From Mobula hypostoma (taxonomy: Eukaryota): a DNA stretch of 64,000 bases. This document shows, piece after piece, positions 24,162 through 38,200 of this stretch (its first letter is position 1; every line of letters begins with the position of its first letter). Both the position numbers and the translations under genes were made by a program. A model generated the notes under the pieces. That model saw only the letters and a list, made by a program, of their open reading frames with translations. It ran no database searches and had not been told where the DNA came from. Location: contig NC_086103.1 of assembly GCF_963921235.1 (NCBI RefSeq), positions 128,960,001-129,024,000 on the forward strand, in the 5' to 3' direction.

Positions 24162-24789
24162 TGTTAGATTATTTCTAAAATTGAAGTTTGCTACAATATT
24201 TCATAGAAATCTAAATCTCACACTGTACATTACATCTGCTTAACAGCTATCTGGGGAGCTGGTGGAAAAGGAAGACAGGATAAAATCATATTTAAGAATG
24301 GTTTTGGAAAATGTCAGAAATGGACAATACATTTATCGTCCTACCCTAATCTCAGTACAACAACAAAAAACAGGATTTACTTTCAACTCTCTATTTACAT
24401 GCCTTTCAGCTTTCACATTTCTAGTTTCTCTGCTTTGATAAATTTTCCCTACCGTAATTAGTCCCTACTTTCATATTTGTATCTTCTAGACACAGTTATT
24501 CTGCTTTTTACCCATCTCTTCTGTCACTTGAACATATTCTGTTCTCCTCTTGGTTACAGGTTAGTGTTTCTTGCCTGCTTTTAGATTTAAGCTTGTCCAT
24601 CTGTAATATCTATCCATTCCAATAAAGTTAATTGTCTTGAAACATGTACTCTCGAGGGGACTTCCGGGTCATCAAGGGAATGGCGGCGTAAGGAAAAGGT
24701 CTCTCGACAAAAAAGAAGGTAAACTGCCCCAAAATCGAATTTAGACAAATACTTAATATTGCATAACTATATTAATAAAAGGGGCAAGG

Positions 24790-25692
24790 ATGATGTCTAA
24801 GAACAAGAATAAAAAGTCCGCTTCGAAGGCTGATAAACATAAAGAGATGCAGCAAGGCGACGGGCCTAGCTCCCCCACGGCAAGCCAGGACGGAGATAAT
24901 GAGGGGGAATCGGTGACTCTGTCTTTGATTCTCGGAAAGATTCGTGAGTTCCGACAAGATAACAGCAAACAGCTGGAAGATATTAAAGGAGAAATAGTAA
25001 AAACTAACTCGCGGATAGATGAAGCCGAAGCGAGGATTGTTGGAATTGAAGAGAAGCTACAAAACGCCGAGGAAGTGATAGCAGAAATGCTGAAGCTACA
25101 GGACCAGCTCCAGTGGAAACTAATAGATCAAGAAGGTCGCTCGAGAAGGGAAAATGTGAGGATCTACGGAGTTCCCGAAGGAACCGGAAGTAAACCCGGA
25201 TTGATGATTCTCTTCGTGGAGAAGCTGCTTAGAGAGAACCTTGATATACCGGCCGCAAAAGACCTACAGATAGAAGGGGCTCACCGCGCGTTGGCGCCAC
25301 AGCCTCCGGCAGGCGCCCAGCCCAAATCGATTCTGATCAGATTTCTCAGTTACAGAACGAAGGAAGAGGTGCTTAAAAGAGCATGGCAAAAGAAAGGTTT
25401 CATGTGGAACAACTGCAAAATCAGTTTAGACCACGACTACGCACCGGGGATTCTTGCCAGACGGAAGGAATATACGGAAACACGGAGAGTCCTGAAGGAA
25501 AACAACATCAGATTCCAGACCCTGTATCCAGCTCGGCTGAGAGTCTTTTACGACGAAGGGACAAAAACTTGCGCTACGGTGGAGGAGGCAACGTTGGACC
25601 TGGTGGACCGGGGACTACCTATTAAAGTTATCACCCAACCGGAGTCGCTACTGGAGAGGATTCGGCAGAAGTCGTGGCAGTTAGTGGGATGA
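24790..25692 (+). CDS. L1 ORF1p (coiled coil, RRM, CTD; 300 aa)
   Basis: EGRSRRENVRIYGVPE, IEGAHRAL, LYPARLRV motifs; uninterrupted. Confidence 0.9.
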   Translation: MMSKNKNKKSASKADKHKEMQQGDGPSSPTASQDGDNEGESVTLSLILGKIREFRQDNSKQLEDIKGEIVKTNSRIDEAEARIVGIEEKLQNAEEVIAEMLKLQDQLQWKLIDQEGRSRRENVRIYGVPEGTGSKPGLMILFVEKLLRENLDIPAAKDLQIEGAHRALAPQPPAGAQPKSILIRFLSYRTKEEVLKRAWQKKGFMWNNCKISLDHDYAPGILARRKEYTETRRVLKENNIRFQTLYPARLRVFYDEGTKTCATVEEATLDLVDRGLPIKVITQPESLLERIRQKSWQLVG

Positions 25693-26138
25693 GGACGCTC
25701 CACTCGAACCAGAGTGTCAAACTACAAGGAAAAGCTGCAAATATTCAGACGCGAATGTACAGAGAGTACAGATTAATTAAGAGAAATGACTGAAAAGAGT
25801 AAATCGGACTTAAAAGTAAAATGAAAACTGGTAACTGAAAATAAACTAGGCGGAATAACTTGAATGATAGCAATATGGTCGAGACATAAATAGGAGAAAA
25901 TTCTCTATGATTATTCAAACTGCTGAGGGCCCTCTAACACAGGGTGAAGATAGAGGTTATCCCTCTGAACTGAGGCGGGTCGGTGCTCAGGCCTCACTGT
26001 GGGAAGTCGGGGAAAATTTTCAAATGTTATACGTTCAGAAATGTCTAGGGTGTGGTTATATGTCTTGGTTTACTGTTGAGAAGGGATTGCTTACTGTTTG
26101 GTTAGAAAAGGAGAGTGCTTTTTTTCTACTAGAGAAAA

Positions 26139-29100
26139 ATGCAAACTGAATTGGTAAAAATAATTTCCTATAATGTTAATGGGGTTTTGAATCCAATTAA
26201 AAGAAATAAGATTATGTCTAAATTGAAAAAAGAGAGGGCACAAATAGCTTTCCTCCAGGAAACACATATGAGCCAATCTGAACATGGAAAATTAAAAAGA
26301 ATGGGCTTTAAGCATGTATTTTATTCATCATATAAATTGAGTCACAAAAGAGGGGTAGCTACTTTAATATCAAGTAGTCTTAATTATGAACATATTTCAG
26401 AGACTAGAGACAAAGAAGGACGGTTTGTAAAAATCACAGGAAGAATAGAAGGTACAGAAATAACATTGCTGAATGTTTATGCTCCTCCAGGTAGTGAATG
26501 GTCATTTTATAGACACATTTTTGACCTAATGGTAGTAATTTGTGGAGGGGATTTTATTATTAGATTAAATCCTATATTAGATTCTTCAAGAATAGTTACT
26601 CAGAATAAACCTCTGACTCGGAAAGTGAATTCATTGATGGAGGAGTTGGGAATTATAGATGTCTGGAGGGAATTACACCCTACTAGTAAAGATTATACAT
26701 ATTACTCTTTCCCTCATTCAGCCTATTCAAGGATAGACTATTTCTTTATCTTTAATACAGATAGACTCAGGATAAAAAACTGTAATATTGCAACAATTGA
26801 TCGGTCAGATCATAGCCCAGTCTCTATGTCTCTAATCCTGGAAAGGAAAATGAGGAAAACACTATGGACGCTAAACTCACATATACTCAATAACCCGAAA
26901 GTAATGGAGAGATTAAGGGGAGAAATCAAAGAATATCTAGACCTTAATGACACGGGAGAAACATCACCAGTGATTTTATGGGATACATTGAAAGCTGTAC
27001 TGAGAGGGAAAATTATTTCCATTACTACTCACATGAAAAAAATCAATGCACAAAAATTAGCAGACCTTCAAGGAAAATTAAAACAACTTCAAGTTGTAGA
27101 TAGCAACAAAAGTAATTCAAATCGAAAACAGGAAATTAGGAAATTGCAAAGTGAAATTGATGATATTTATATGTTGGAAACTCAAAGAAATTTTCTTTAC
27201 CTGAGACAAAAGAATTATGAAGTAGGAGGTAAATCAGCTGGATTATTAGCATATAAATTACGAAAACAACAAGCAGACAATACAATTCATAAAATAAAGA
27301 ATCCAAAGACAAAGCTTGTGGAGAGTACAATAGGGAAAATTCAAGAGAGTTTTGAAACATATTATCGAGAGCTGTACTCCCAACCCCGGGCCCCCAATGA
27401 GCCCTATATAGACAGTGTATTGAATTTATTAGATCTACCTAAACTTACAGATTTACAAAATGAAAGTTTATTAGAACCAGTAACTGTCAAAGAACTGAAC
27501 GTGGCCATCTCTAGGTTAAAGGCTGGAAAGTCCCCGGGTTCTGATGGGTTTACCTCAGAGTGGTACAAGTCCCTGAAGACACAGTTAGCCCCATTACTAC
27601 TTAACACCTTTAATTGGATCTTGCAGAGGAGAAACTCCACCTTCCTGGAGAGAAGCGATTATTTCAGTTATTCCTAAAGAGGGTAAAGATAAACTAGAAT
27701 GTGGCAATTATCGGCCAATTAGTGTTCTTAATTTAGATTACAAACTATTTACATCTATATTAGCGCGCAGATTGGAAAAGCTTTTACCTGGCCTAATCCA
27801 TTTAGACCAGACTGGATTTATTCAACAAAGACAAACACAGGACAACATAAGGAGAACTCTGCACATATTAGAACAGGTTAATAAGAACGAGACAGAGACA
27901 ATGATAGTAGGATTGGACACTGAGAAAGCTTTTGATTCGGTTAGTTGGGCATTCCTATACAGAGTGTTAGGAAGATTTGGCTTTCAAGAAAGGTTTATTA
28001 AAGTAATTCAGACTCTATATGACAGCCCTACAGCCCGAATTAAGATAAATGGGGACCTCTCTGACTCCTTCATTTTAGAGAGAGGCACTAGACAGGGATG
28101 CCCAATTTCTCCTCTCCTTTTTGCGCTATATATTGAACCACTTGCCCAACTAATAAGACAGAGCGAAATCGTAAAAGGTATCAAGGTGGCAGGGATTGAA
28201 CAGAAAGTGGCGTTATTCGCAGATGATGTTTTGGTCTATCTGAGTGAACCAGAAAAATCATTTATAGGATTGTTTACACTGTTGGATGACTTTGGGAAAA
28301 TATCAGGTTATAAAATAAATGTAAAGAAAACGCAGGTTATGTCCCTAAATTATACACCATCCAAAAAATTGCAGGATACATACGATCTTAAGTGGGAAGC
28401 TAAATCATTAAAATATTTAGGAATAACCATGCCGAAGGATCTTTCAACACTGTCACAGGTAAATTATGGGCCATTAACCTCAGAGATAAAAGCAGATATG
28501 CATAGATGGAATCTTATCCCCTTTTTAAGTTAAAATTCAAGGATAAATACTATAAAAATGAATATTCTTCCTCGGTTATTATATCTTTTCCATACTTTAC
28601 CAGTGGAGGTGGATGATAATCAATTCAGGGAATGGGACAAATGGATTTCCTGGTTCATTTGGCAAGGAAGGAAACCTAGAATTCGATATAACACCTTACA
28701 GTTAGGGAAGGAAGGAGGAGGTATGGTTCTTCCTTGCCTGAGAAATTATTTTTATGCCTCACAGATAACCCCTCTGTTATATTGGTGTAATAGGGAATAT
28801 AAGGCTAGATGGAAGGAAATAGAATTTGGATTAGTTGACAGTTTTCCTCTTCAGGCCTCAATAGCTGACAAAGGATTGATGGCCCAGTTGGAAAAATTTA
28901 ATAATGCTTGGATAAATCTTACATTAAAAGTATGGCAGAAGGTGGTTAATTCATGTGGAATTAAGAACATGTTAAAACTCGTTAGATGGTGTGCATATGA
29001 TACCGAATTCCTTCCCAACAGAGGAGATAAAAGATTTGAGCTATGGATAAAGAAAGGTCTTACAACCTACCTCTCATTTATAGATAAAAGAGTATTACAA

Positions 29101-29910
29101 AGTTTCCAAATCCTGCAGGACAAACATGGCCTAGAACATAATGACTTTTTTAGGTACCTTCAAATACGAAACTATGTTAACCAGAGTGGTAGATATACAG
29201 ACCTATCAACAGTAGAATTAGAATTTTTCAAGATTCTGAATTCGGCTTGCAGTTCAATACCTAGTAAATCAGTTTCTCGCCTATATAATGCACTCTCCCA
29301 TGCTAAAAATGTAAATACACTGTATATTAAAGAGAAGTGGGAGAAAGAAGCGGGGTTGGTACTTTCAGAGGAGGCTTGGGGGAAAATCTGCAGCTTTCAA
29401 TGGTCCTCGACTAATTCTTTGACTTGGAGAGAACATTGTTGGAAAAACATTATAAGATACTTCAAGACCCCATATCAGGAAAAATATAAAGATACAAATG
29501 TGATGTGTTGGAGAAGGTGCGGCTCCAAGGAGGCAAATCATTTTCATATTTTCTGGGATTGCCCTAAATTAAGTCTATTTTGGGAAGGTATTCATAGAAC
29601 ATTAGTTAAGGTACTTAGGTCCCAGATACCTCTGAACTTTGAGACGCTCTATTTGGGGCGTGTATTGTTCCTTGAACAGAAGGAAGATATAAAGTTGCTG
29701 CAGGCCCTCTTAGCGGCAAGTAAGAAATCAATCACTAGAAAATGGCTAAATCCAATACCACCTACATTAGAAGATTGCTACGAAATTATCTTGGAAATAT
29801 TTAAAATGGAAAAGTTGACTTACTCCCTGAGAACTCAAAAAGAAACATTTTATCAAATCTGGAATAAATGGATTGAATATATAACCCCAATGCGAGCAGA
29901 CTTTAGATGA
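26139..29910 (+). pseudogene. L1 ORF2 (APE, RT, CCHC) disrupted by a frameshift near 27630 and a stop at 28531-28533
   Basis: SYNVNG, FLQETH, SRIDY, SDH; [18 protein letters not shown]; CWRRC...HIFWDC. Confidence 0.9.
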
Positions 29911-31024
29911 CTCTCCTAATGATTTATATTGCTCTTCTCATCAACACAGTAATATTGCTAACGTAAGCACCCCTAGTCTAAATGTTTGTTTTTTTTTGGA
30001 AAGTAGAGAATTAACACAAGTAAAGGGAAAGATTTGGGAAAGGGATAAAAAAAATGAAAAAATTAAGTAAATAAGTACATAGGGATTGGATAATTATGTC
30101 TGCGGGCAGGAACAAGCACGAACAAATTGGGATATAACCACCTACAATGGTTGGTATATAGGCTTGTATGCAACATTTTGGACCAGTGGAAATGGTCCAG
30201 AAGGGTTGTATGGAAACTATTATTACCATTTTTCTTAACAACTAATTTCATTACTTAGCCTAATAGGTTAGATTTACCACAGTACATAATTATCTATTTA
30301 AATGTTTATTTTCCTTTTATATCATCTCAATGTGTACTTAAGAATGTATAAATAATTGTAGTTTTATACATATAAAAAATGGAAAAGGTTATATGTGTGA
30401 AAAAAGTACATGATAATTGTGAATTCCTTATCCAAATAAAAATAAAATTTTAAAAAAAGAAACATGTACTCTCCACAGGAGCTACTCCAGAAAGGTTATA
30501 CTGTATTAGTACTTTTGAATCTCTGCACTAGTTTGCTTTACTACAACCAAAATTTCATTTGGACAGTAACCTACTCCTTCAGCTATTAAACCTTGTTTCA
30601 AATGATCATTGTAACTGTAATTTTTCTGAAACAGGTCACTTCGTTCCATTCAGTTAAACCTTCACAAATCAATTCATTTTTTTAAAAAATCAGGAAGTTT
30701 AAAGTGCAGACAAATAGCATTCTGGCTAGGACAACTTGGCAAATGGTGGAATTGAACAATCACGCTTTTAAAGATTGAGAAAGTAACAGATGGAAATTGA
30801 GTTAAATCAGGACAGGAAAAAAATGGTACAAGTCCACAATCCCTTATCCAAAATCCTTGGGGCCAGTTACATTTAGGAATTAAGAATTTTTTGGATTTCA
30901 GAATCCCTCCTTATTGGTTCCGGGACCCCCCCCCCCCCCGCAATGGATACCAAAAAACACGTATGCTCAAATCCCTTATTTAACCTGGCTCGGTGCAGGT
31001 GGACTTTAGGACCCAGCGGAGCTC

Positions 31025-31159
31025 NNNNNNNNNNNNNNNNNNNNNNNNNNNNNNNNNNNNNNNNNNNNNNNNNNNNNNNNNNNNNNNNNNNNNNNNNNNN
31101 NNNNNNNNNNNNNNNNNNNNNNNNNNNNNNNNNNNNNNNNNNNNNNNNNNNNNNNNNNN
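31025..31159. other. Assembly gap (135 N)
   Basis: Run of N. Confidence 1.
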
Positions 31160-31222
31160 AAATATACAGCTTCAAACAAACCAAATCAAACATGTGGTCA
31201 ATGACTTATTGGAATAAATATA

Positions 31223-32816
31223 CAAACCCCATTTCCAGAAAAGTTGGGATATTTTCCAAAATGCAATAAAAACAAAAATCTGTGATATGTTAATTCACAT
31301 GAACCTTTATTTAACTGACAAAAGTACAAAGAAAAGATTTTCAATAGTTCTACTGACCAACTTAATTGTATTTTGTAAACATACACAAATTTAGAATTGA
31401 TGGCTGCAACACACTCAACAAAAGTTGGGACAGAGGCATGTTTACCATTGTGTTACATCACCTTTCCTTTTAATAACACTTTTTAATCGTTTTGGAACTG
31501 AGGATACTAATTGTAGAAGATTTGCAATCGGAAATTTTGTCCATTCTTGCTTGATATAAGACTTCAGCTGCTCAACAGTCCGTGGTCTCCGTTGTCTGAT
31601 TCTTCTCTTCATGATGTGCCATACATTTTCAATAGGAGATAGATCTGGACTGGCAGTAGGCCAGTCAAGCATACGCACTCTGTGTCTACAAAGCCACGCT
31701 GTTGTAGTCCGTGCAGAATGTGGTCTGGCATTGTCCTGCTGAAATAAGCATAGACGTCCCAGGAAGAGACGTCGCCTTGATGCAACATATGTCTCTCTCA
31801 AATCCTAATATACGCCTCAGAGTCAATGGTACCTTCACATACATGCAACTCACCCATGCCGTGGGCACTGATGCATCCCCATACCATCACAGATGCTGGC
31901 TTTTGCACCTTTCGCTGATAACAATCTGGATGGACGTTTTCATCTTTGGCACGGAGAACTCGACACCTGTTTTTTCTGAAAACTAGCTGAAATGTGGACT
32001 CATCTGACCACAGCACACAGTTCCACAGTCTTTCGGTCCATCTGAGATGAGCTCGGGCCCAGAGAACTCGCCGGCGTTTCTGCATAGAGTTGATGTATGA
32101 CTTCCTCCTTGCATAATACAGTTTCAAGTTGCATTTCTGGATGCAGCGACAAACTGTGTTGAGTGACCATGGTTTTCCGAAGTACTCTCGAGCCCAGGTG
32201 GCTATAATTGTCACAGTAGCATGACTGTTTGTTAGGCAGTGCTGCCTGAGGGCTCGAAGATCATGCGCATTCAACAGTGGTTTCCAACCTTGCCCTTTAC
32301 ACACTGAGATGTCTGAATTCTCTGAATCTTTTCACAATATTATGTACTGTAGATGTTGAAAGACCTAAATTCTCTGCAATCTTGCATTGAGAAATGTTCC
32401 TTTTGAACTAACAATTCTCTCATGAATTTTGGCACAAAGGGGTGAGCCACGACCCATCCTTGCTTGCAAAGACTGAGCCTTTGATGGACGCCACTTTTAT
32501 ACCCAGTCATGATACCTCACCTGCTACCAATTAGCCTGCTTAATGTGGAGTCTTCCAAACCGGTGTTACTTGAATATTCTGTGCACTTTTCAATCTTATT
32601 TTAACTCTGTCCCAACTTTTGTTGAATGTGTTGCAGCCATCAAATTCTAAATTTGTGTATGTTCACAAAATACAATTAAGTTGGTCACTAACTATTGAAA
32701 ATCTTTTCTTTGTACTTTTGTCAGTCAAATAAAGGTTCACGTGAATTAACATATCACAGATCTCTGTTTTTATTGCATTTTGGAAAATATCCCAACTTTT
32801 CTGGAAATGTGGTTTG
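31223..32816 (-). mobile_element. Full-length Tc1 (DD34E) transposon with ~210-bp TIRs and a frameshifted transposase
   Basis: TA TSDs. TIR caaaccccatttccagaaaagttgggatattttccaaaatgc at both ends. WSDES, FQQDNARPH and SPDLSPIENVW motifs, with 34 residues between D and E. Confidence 0.95.
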
Positions 32817-33501
32817 TAGTTTCGTTGGTATTGCATTTCACTATATAGTCAGTCATAGCACTTCTACCGTGTTGAAAATGGATGCCCAGAGATACAAGTG
32901 CCTGTCCTGAAACTGTCACTCAAACACAAGCAGAAGTGATTATGTAGAACTGCAGCAAAAACATAGAGTATAACATGAAATAGGGCACACACTCACAATG
33001 CAGATTGTAACTTGTGTGTGGGCTGTTAATTTTTCTGGCTCCAAAAACTGAGTTTGAATTGAACCATGTCAGTTTGTGGATTGAGTTCAGAAAATTTTGG
33101 AAATAAGGAACATTCAAATCTGACAGTATTGCTAAAATAAACTTGATTTGTTCACTAATCTTCCTTGGAGAAGGATACATGCTACTAACATAGCCAATAT
33201 AATTGTTTAGTACCAAAATGATTAAGCTTATTGTATTAAACTACTAGTGTTTCAAGATTATGCACAGTCTCCCCTAGTAGTTAGGTAGAGACTTCAGGTG
33301 GGAATTCTATAACTCAAGGCCTTTATAGGGGCAGAAATGATGAAACAAATGGATGAAACCAAAATTTGAGTGAGCTTACCTATTGTAGTATTCAAGGATC
33401 AGAGATTTGAAAGATTAGTATTGCAAGTACGTTGCTTAACCCAACATTATGTTTGTGAATAAGATTTGTGGATAGGTCAAACTGAGGTAGAATTTTAAAT
33501 G

Positions 33502-33937
33502 AACAACAGGAATTCTGCAGATGCTGGAAATTCAAGCAACACACATCAAAGTTGCTGGTGAATGCAGCAGGCCAGGCAGCATCTCTAGGAAGAGGTGCAG
33601 TCGATGTTTCAGGCCGAGACCCTTCGTCAGGACTAACTGAAGGAAGAGTGAGTAAGGGATTTGAAAGTTGGAGGGGGAGGGGGAGATCCAAAATGATAGG
33701 AGAAGACAGGAGGGGGAGGGATGGAGCCAAGAGCTGGGCAGGTGATAGGCAAAAAGGATACGAAAGGATCATGGGACAGGAGGTCCAGGAAGAAAGACGG
33801 GGGGGGGGGACCTAGAGGATGGGCAAGGGGTATATTCAGAGGGACAGAGGGAGAAAAAGGAGAGTGAGAGAAAGAATGTGTGTATAAAAATAAGTAACAG
33901 ATGGGGTACAAGGGGGAGGTGGGGCCTTAGCAGAAGT
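33502..33937 (-). mobile_element. PLE 3' fragment with TSD and hammerhead motif (33599-33634)
   Basis: Direct repeat tagaattttaaatg at 33488-33501 and 33938-33951. Near-identical to the other PLE 3' ends; hammerhead loop variant GAAACAUC. Confidence 0.9.
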
Positions 33938-34569
33938 TAGAATTTTAAATGGTCTGGTTTGCTAATGCAGAAAATCAGCTACATCTATGTTTAATAGTAA
34001 GTAGCATCTTTAAGCAGTACTTGAAGTGAGCATAAGACAGAGTTGGAGATTGCTGATCGTGTGTACCAGTTGTCAGAAGCTCATCTTGTGCTTAAACACA
34101 ACAAAACTGAAGTCTTGTGGTTGGAGAGGGGTTCAAAGTTCATGATTAATGATCATAATGGATTTGGTGCTGACCAAATGTTCTTCACTCTCTACTTCTG
34201 CTGCAGGACACTGTAGTGTTCCTGACAAGCACGATCCATGAAGAGAAACTTGAATGTGGAATATGCTACGTATCTCAGGAGTCAACTCATATATATGACA
34301 GGCATCAGTGATGCACCAAAACCAGCATCAATCTTGCAATCTACAGGGCACCAGTGATCTGTAACTTGTAGAAGATATCTCAACGGCATTGTTAAGGTAA
34401 CATCAATACTGCCTTCATAAAATTCTTCAAAGCTACAGCTGCATCCTTTCTCAGGCATGACCAACTTTGATTGACTGCATTTTTTGCATGCCTGAACCTA
34501 GAACTCCAGAGTGCGGCATACGATTCAAGCATACTCAGAAATTACTTTATAAAAATATTCAGAGGATGG

Positions 34570-35271
34570 GGGCTTCGCAAGCTGAGCCAGCATTTAATTG
34601 CCCATTCCTAGTTGCCCTTGAAGGTGATGGTAAACTGCCTCCGTGAACTGTTGCAGTTCCTAAGGTGTGTTTTTAAGGAGAGTGTTACAGGATTTTCACC
34701 CGGCAGTGATGAAGGAACAGTAATGTACTTCCAAGTTGGTGGAGTGTGGCTTGGAAGGCAACTTGCAGGTGCTGCTGCTCCCATGTACTTGCTGCCCTTG
34801 TCCTTCTAGCTGGTAGAGGTCGTGGACTTTGATGCTGTCTAAGGAGTCTTGCTGAATTTCCACAGTACAACCTGTAGAAGATACAAACTGCTACTACCAC
34901 ATGTTGCTGTGGTGGAGTTAGCAAACGAGTGGATGAGGTGCCTCTGAAGCAGGCTACCATGTTCTTAGTGATCTCGAGCCTCTTCAGGCAAGTACAGAAT
35001 ATGTTATCGCACTAACTGGAGCCTCATCGATGGTGGACAGGTTTTGGAGAATTAGGTGGTGGGTTGCTTGTTGCAGATTTCTTAGCTTCTGACCTGCCAC
35101 ATTGTGTATTCAGCTACTCCAGTTAAGTTTCTAGTTAATAGTAACCTAATTTCACTGAATGTCAGGGGGTGATAACTGGATTTTCTCCTGTTGGATATAG
35201 TCAGGTCTGGCATTTGTGTATTGCAAAAGTTAGTTGCAACGTATTAGCTCAGACCTGGGTGTTGAGGTCTT
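34570..35271 (-). mobile_element. Old LINE 3' fragment (CR1/L2-like); host of the L1 at 35282
   Basis: catttaattgcccattcctagttgcccttgaag tail-like motif and a degenerate ORF2 C-terminus in antisense. Confidence 0.55.
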
Positions 35272-35281
35272 GTTACATTTA

Positions 35282-38200
35282 CTTTCTTTTTAAATCTTTT
35301 TATTGAATAAGTACACAAAAGGTAAGCCATATAGGCACTAATACCTGTTAGAATATAATATTTTACAGGAAATATTAATACAGAAAAAAATTAATACAAA
35401 CAGTGCAATTTAAACATAAAATAACAAGGTAATATAATAGTATACTAATTTTTATATATATCAATAGAAAAAGAACCCCCCCCCAAAAAAAACCCACCGT
35501 GCAACTAAACTAAAAAGCAAAGCAATGGGCTAACTAGGAAACAAGTAGAGTTAAAGTACTCAAAATCACGTCCTCAAACCCGACCTCCAATAAAAAGTTA
35601 AAAAAATAACAAGAAGGGAACATAAATATGGACCGAGAGAAAAAAAAACATTAAATGAAAATGTTGAATAAAAGATCTCCAGGTCTGATCGAATTTAACT
35701 GAAGAATCATAAAGATTACTTCTAATTTTCTCCAAATTTAAACATAATATCGTCTGGGAAAACCAAAAAAGCGTAGTTGGAGCATTAGTCTCTTTCCAAT
35801 GTTGTAAAATACATCTTTTCGCCATTAAAGTAAGAAAAATCATTCTACGGGCTGAAGGAGAGATATCTATATTCAATACCTTTGAGATAATATTAAAAGT
35901 GTCTCTCCAAAAAGTTTCCAGAGTAGGACAGGACCAAAACATGAGTTAAAGAGGATATCTGCCCCTGACATCTATCACAAAAAGGATTAATATGAGAATA
36001 GAAATGAGCTAATTTATCTTTGGACATATGTGCTCTATGGACAACTTTAAATTGAATTAGGGAATGTTTAGCACAGATAGAGGAAGTATTGACTAGTTGT
36101 AAAATCTACACCCAGTCATCCGCCAAAATAATAAAACCCAATTCCTGTTCCCAATCTGATCTAATCTTATCAAACGGAGCTTTCCTAAATTTCATAATAA
36201 TATTATAAATAATAGCCGTAGCACCTTTCTGACATGGATTAAGGTTAATTATAGTATCTAAAATATATGTAGGAGGGAGCATTGGAAAGGAACAAAGTAT
36301 AGTACTTAGGAAATTTCTAACTTGGAGATATCTAAAAAAATGTATTCTTGGTAAACTATATTTATTAGATAATTGTTCAAAAGACATAAGGGAACCATCT
36401 AAAAATAAATCCAAAAACCGTGAAATACCCTTAGTCTTCCAAATTTGAAAAGCACGATCCGTGACAGAGGGAGGAAAAAATGTTACCTAAAATAGGGATC
36501 GCTAGCCCAAATTGGTTAAGATCAAAAAATTTTCTGAATTGAAACCAAATACGTAAGGTATATTTAACTATCGGGTTACAGACCTGTTTGGAGCATTTCA
36601 AATCAAAAGGAAGAGAAGAACCTAAAATAGAGCCAAGTGCATAACCTTGAGCAGATTGTAATTCCAATGCTACCCATTTAGGAATGGATAGTGTATCCTG
36701 GTCAAGTAACCAAAATTTCATGTGTCGAATATTAATTGCCCAATAATAGAATTTAAAGTTAGGTAATGCTAAACCTCCATCTCTCTTAGCTTTCTGTAAA
36801 TGTATTTTACCCAGTCTCAGGTTTTTATTTTGCCAAATAAATGAGGAGATTTTAGAGTCAACTTTATCAAAAAAAGTTTTTGGAACAAAAATCGGTAATG
36901 CCTGAAATATATATAAAAATTTTGGCAGAATAAACATCTTAACTGCATTAATACGACCGATCAAAGTTAAATATAATGGAGACCATTTAAATGAAAGTTG
37001 AGTAATATGATCAATTAAGGGTAAAAAAATTAGTCTTAAATAGATCTTTGTGTTTACAAGTAATTTTAATCCCAAGATATGAAAAATAATTATTAATCAG
37101 TTTAAACGGAAGGTTATGATACAAGGGAAGTTGCTTATTAATCGGGAAAAGTTCACTCTGAGATTTAACTTGTAACGGGAAAAGAGACTAAATTGTGCTA
37201 ATAAATCTAAAGCAGCAGGGATAGATATTTGAGGATTAGAAATATATAAAAGTAAGTCATCAGCATAAAGTGATACTTTATGAGACTTTAAGCCCCGAGT
37301 TATCCCAATAATATTTGGAGATTCTCGAATAGCAATTGCAAGAGGTTCTAATGCAATGTCAAATAATAAAGGACTAAGAGGACAACCTTGTCTAGTACCT
37401 CGAGAAAGAGGGAAAAAGGGCGAATTTAAAGAGTTAGTACGAACTGAGGCCATAGGAGAATGATATAACAATTTAATCCAGGATATAAATTTCGAGCTAA
37501 AATTAAACATTTCGAGCACCTTAAATAAGTAAGGCCATTCTACTCTGTCAAAGGCTTTTTCAGCATCTAAAGAAATAACGAACTCAGGAACATTTTGTGA
37601 AGGAGTATAAACAATATTTAAGAGTGTGCGAATGTTATAGAAAGAGTAACGACCTTCAATAAAACCCGTTTGGTCTTCCGAAATAATAAGGAAGTGCTTT
37701 TTCTAATCTGTTTGCTAATAATTTAGAAAAACTTTTAGAATCAACATTTAATAAAGATATTGGTCTATAAGATGCACATTGAACAGGATCTTTATCCTTC
37801 TTTAATATTAGAGAAATTGACGCTCTATAGAAGGATTCGGGAAGTTTACCAAGTTTTAATGAAGCCTCCAGAACCCTAAAAAACCAAGGGATTACTGAAG
37901 GTGCAAAAAATTTATAAAATTCCGCGGTAAACCCATCAGGGCCAGAAGCTTTCCCCTGGTTCATAGAAAAGATAACATTCTTAATCTCATCAGTGGTAAT
38001 GGGAGTATCTAGCATATAGGATATATCCTGTGAAATCTTAGGGAAATCTAGGTTATCTAAAAAGTCATTCATATATTTAGAGTCTCGTAAGGACTCTAAT
38101 TGATATAAGGAGGAATAAAAATCAAAAAAGGCTTGATTAATCTCAGCATGATCAAGTATCAGTTGATCATTTTGATTATAAATCTGATTAATTTGAAATT

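Larger units (their letters stand above)
24654..30458 (+). mobile_element. Full-length L1-clade LINE with 15-bp TSD
   Basis: TSD gaaacatgtactctc at 24639-24653 and 30459-30473. 5' end gaggggacttccgg; 3' aataaa plus A tail; ORF1 and ORF2 present. Confidence 0.95.

Noticed and set aside
30873-31269. ORFs spanning X runs
   Set aside because: Artefacts of the N gap.
34282-34464. Short ORF with GFGASLMPV, considered as a lysozyme g (GFGLMQVD) remnant
   Set aside because: No other LYG motifs and no convincing splice context; the similarity is at chance level.
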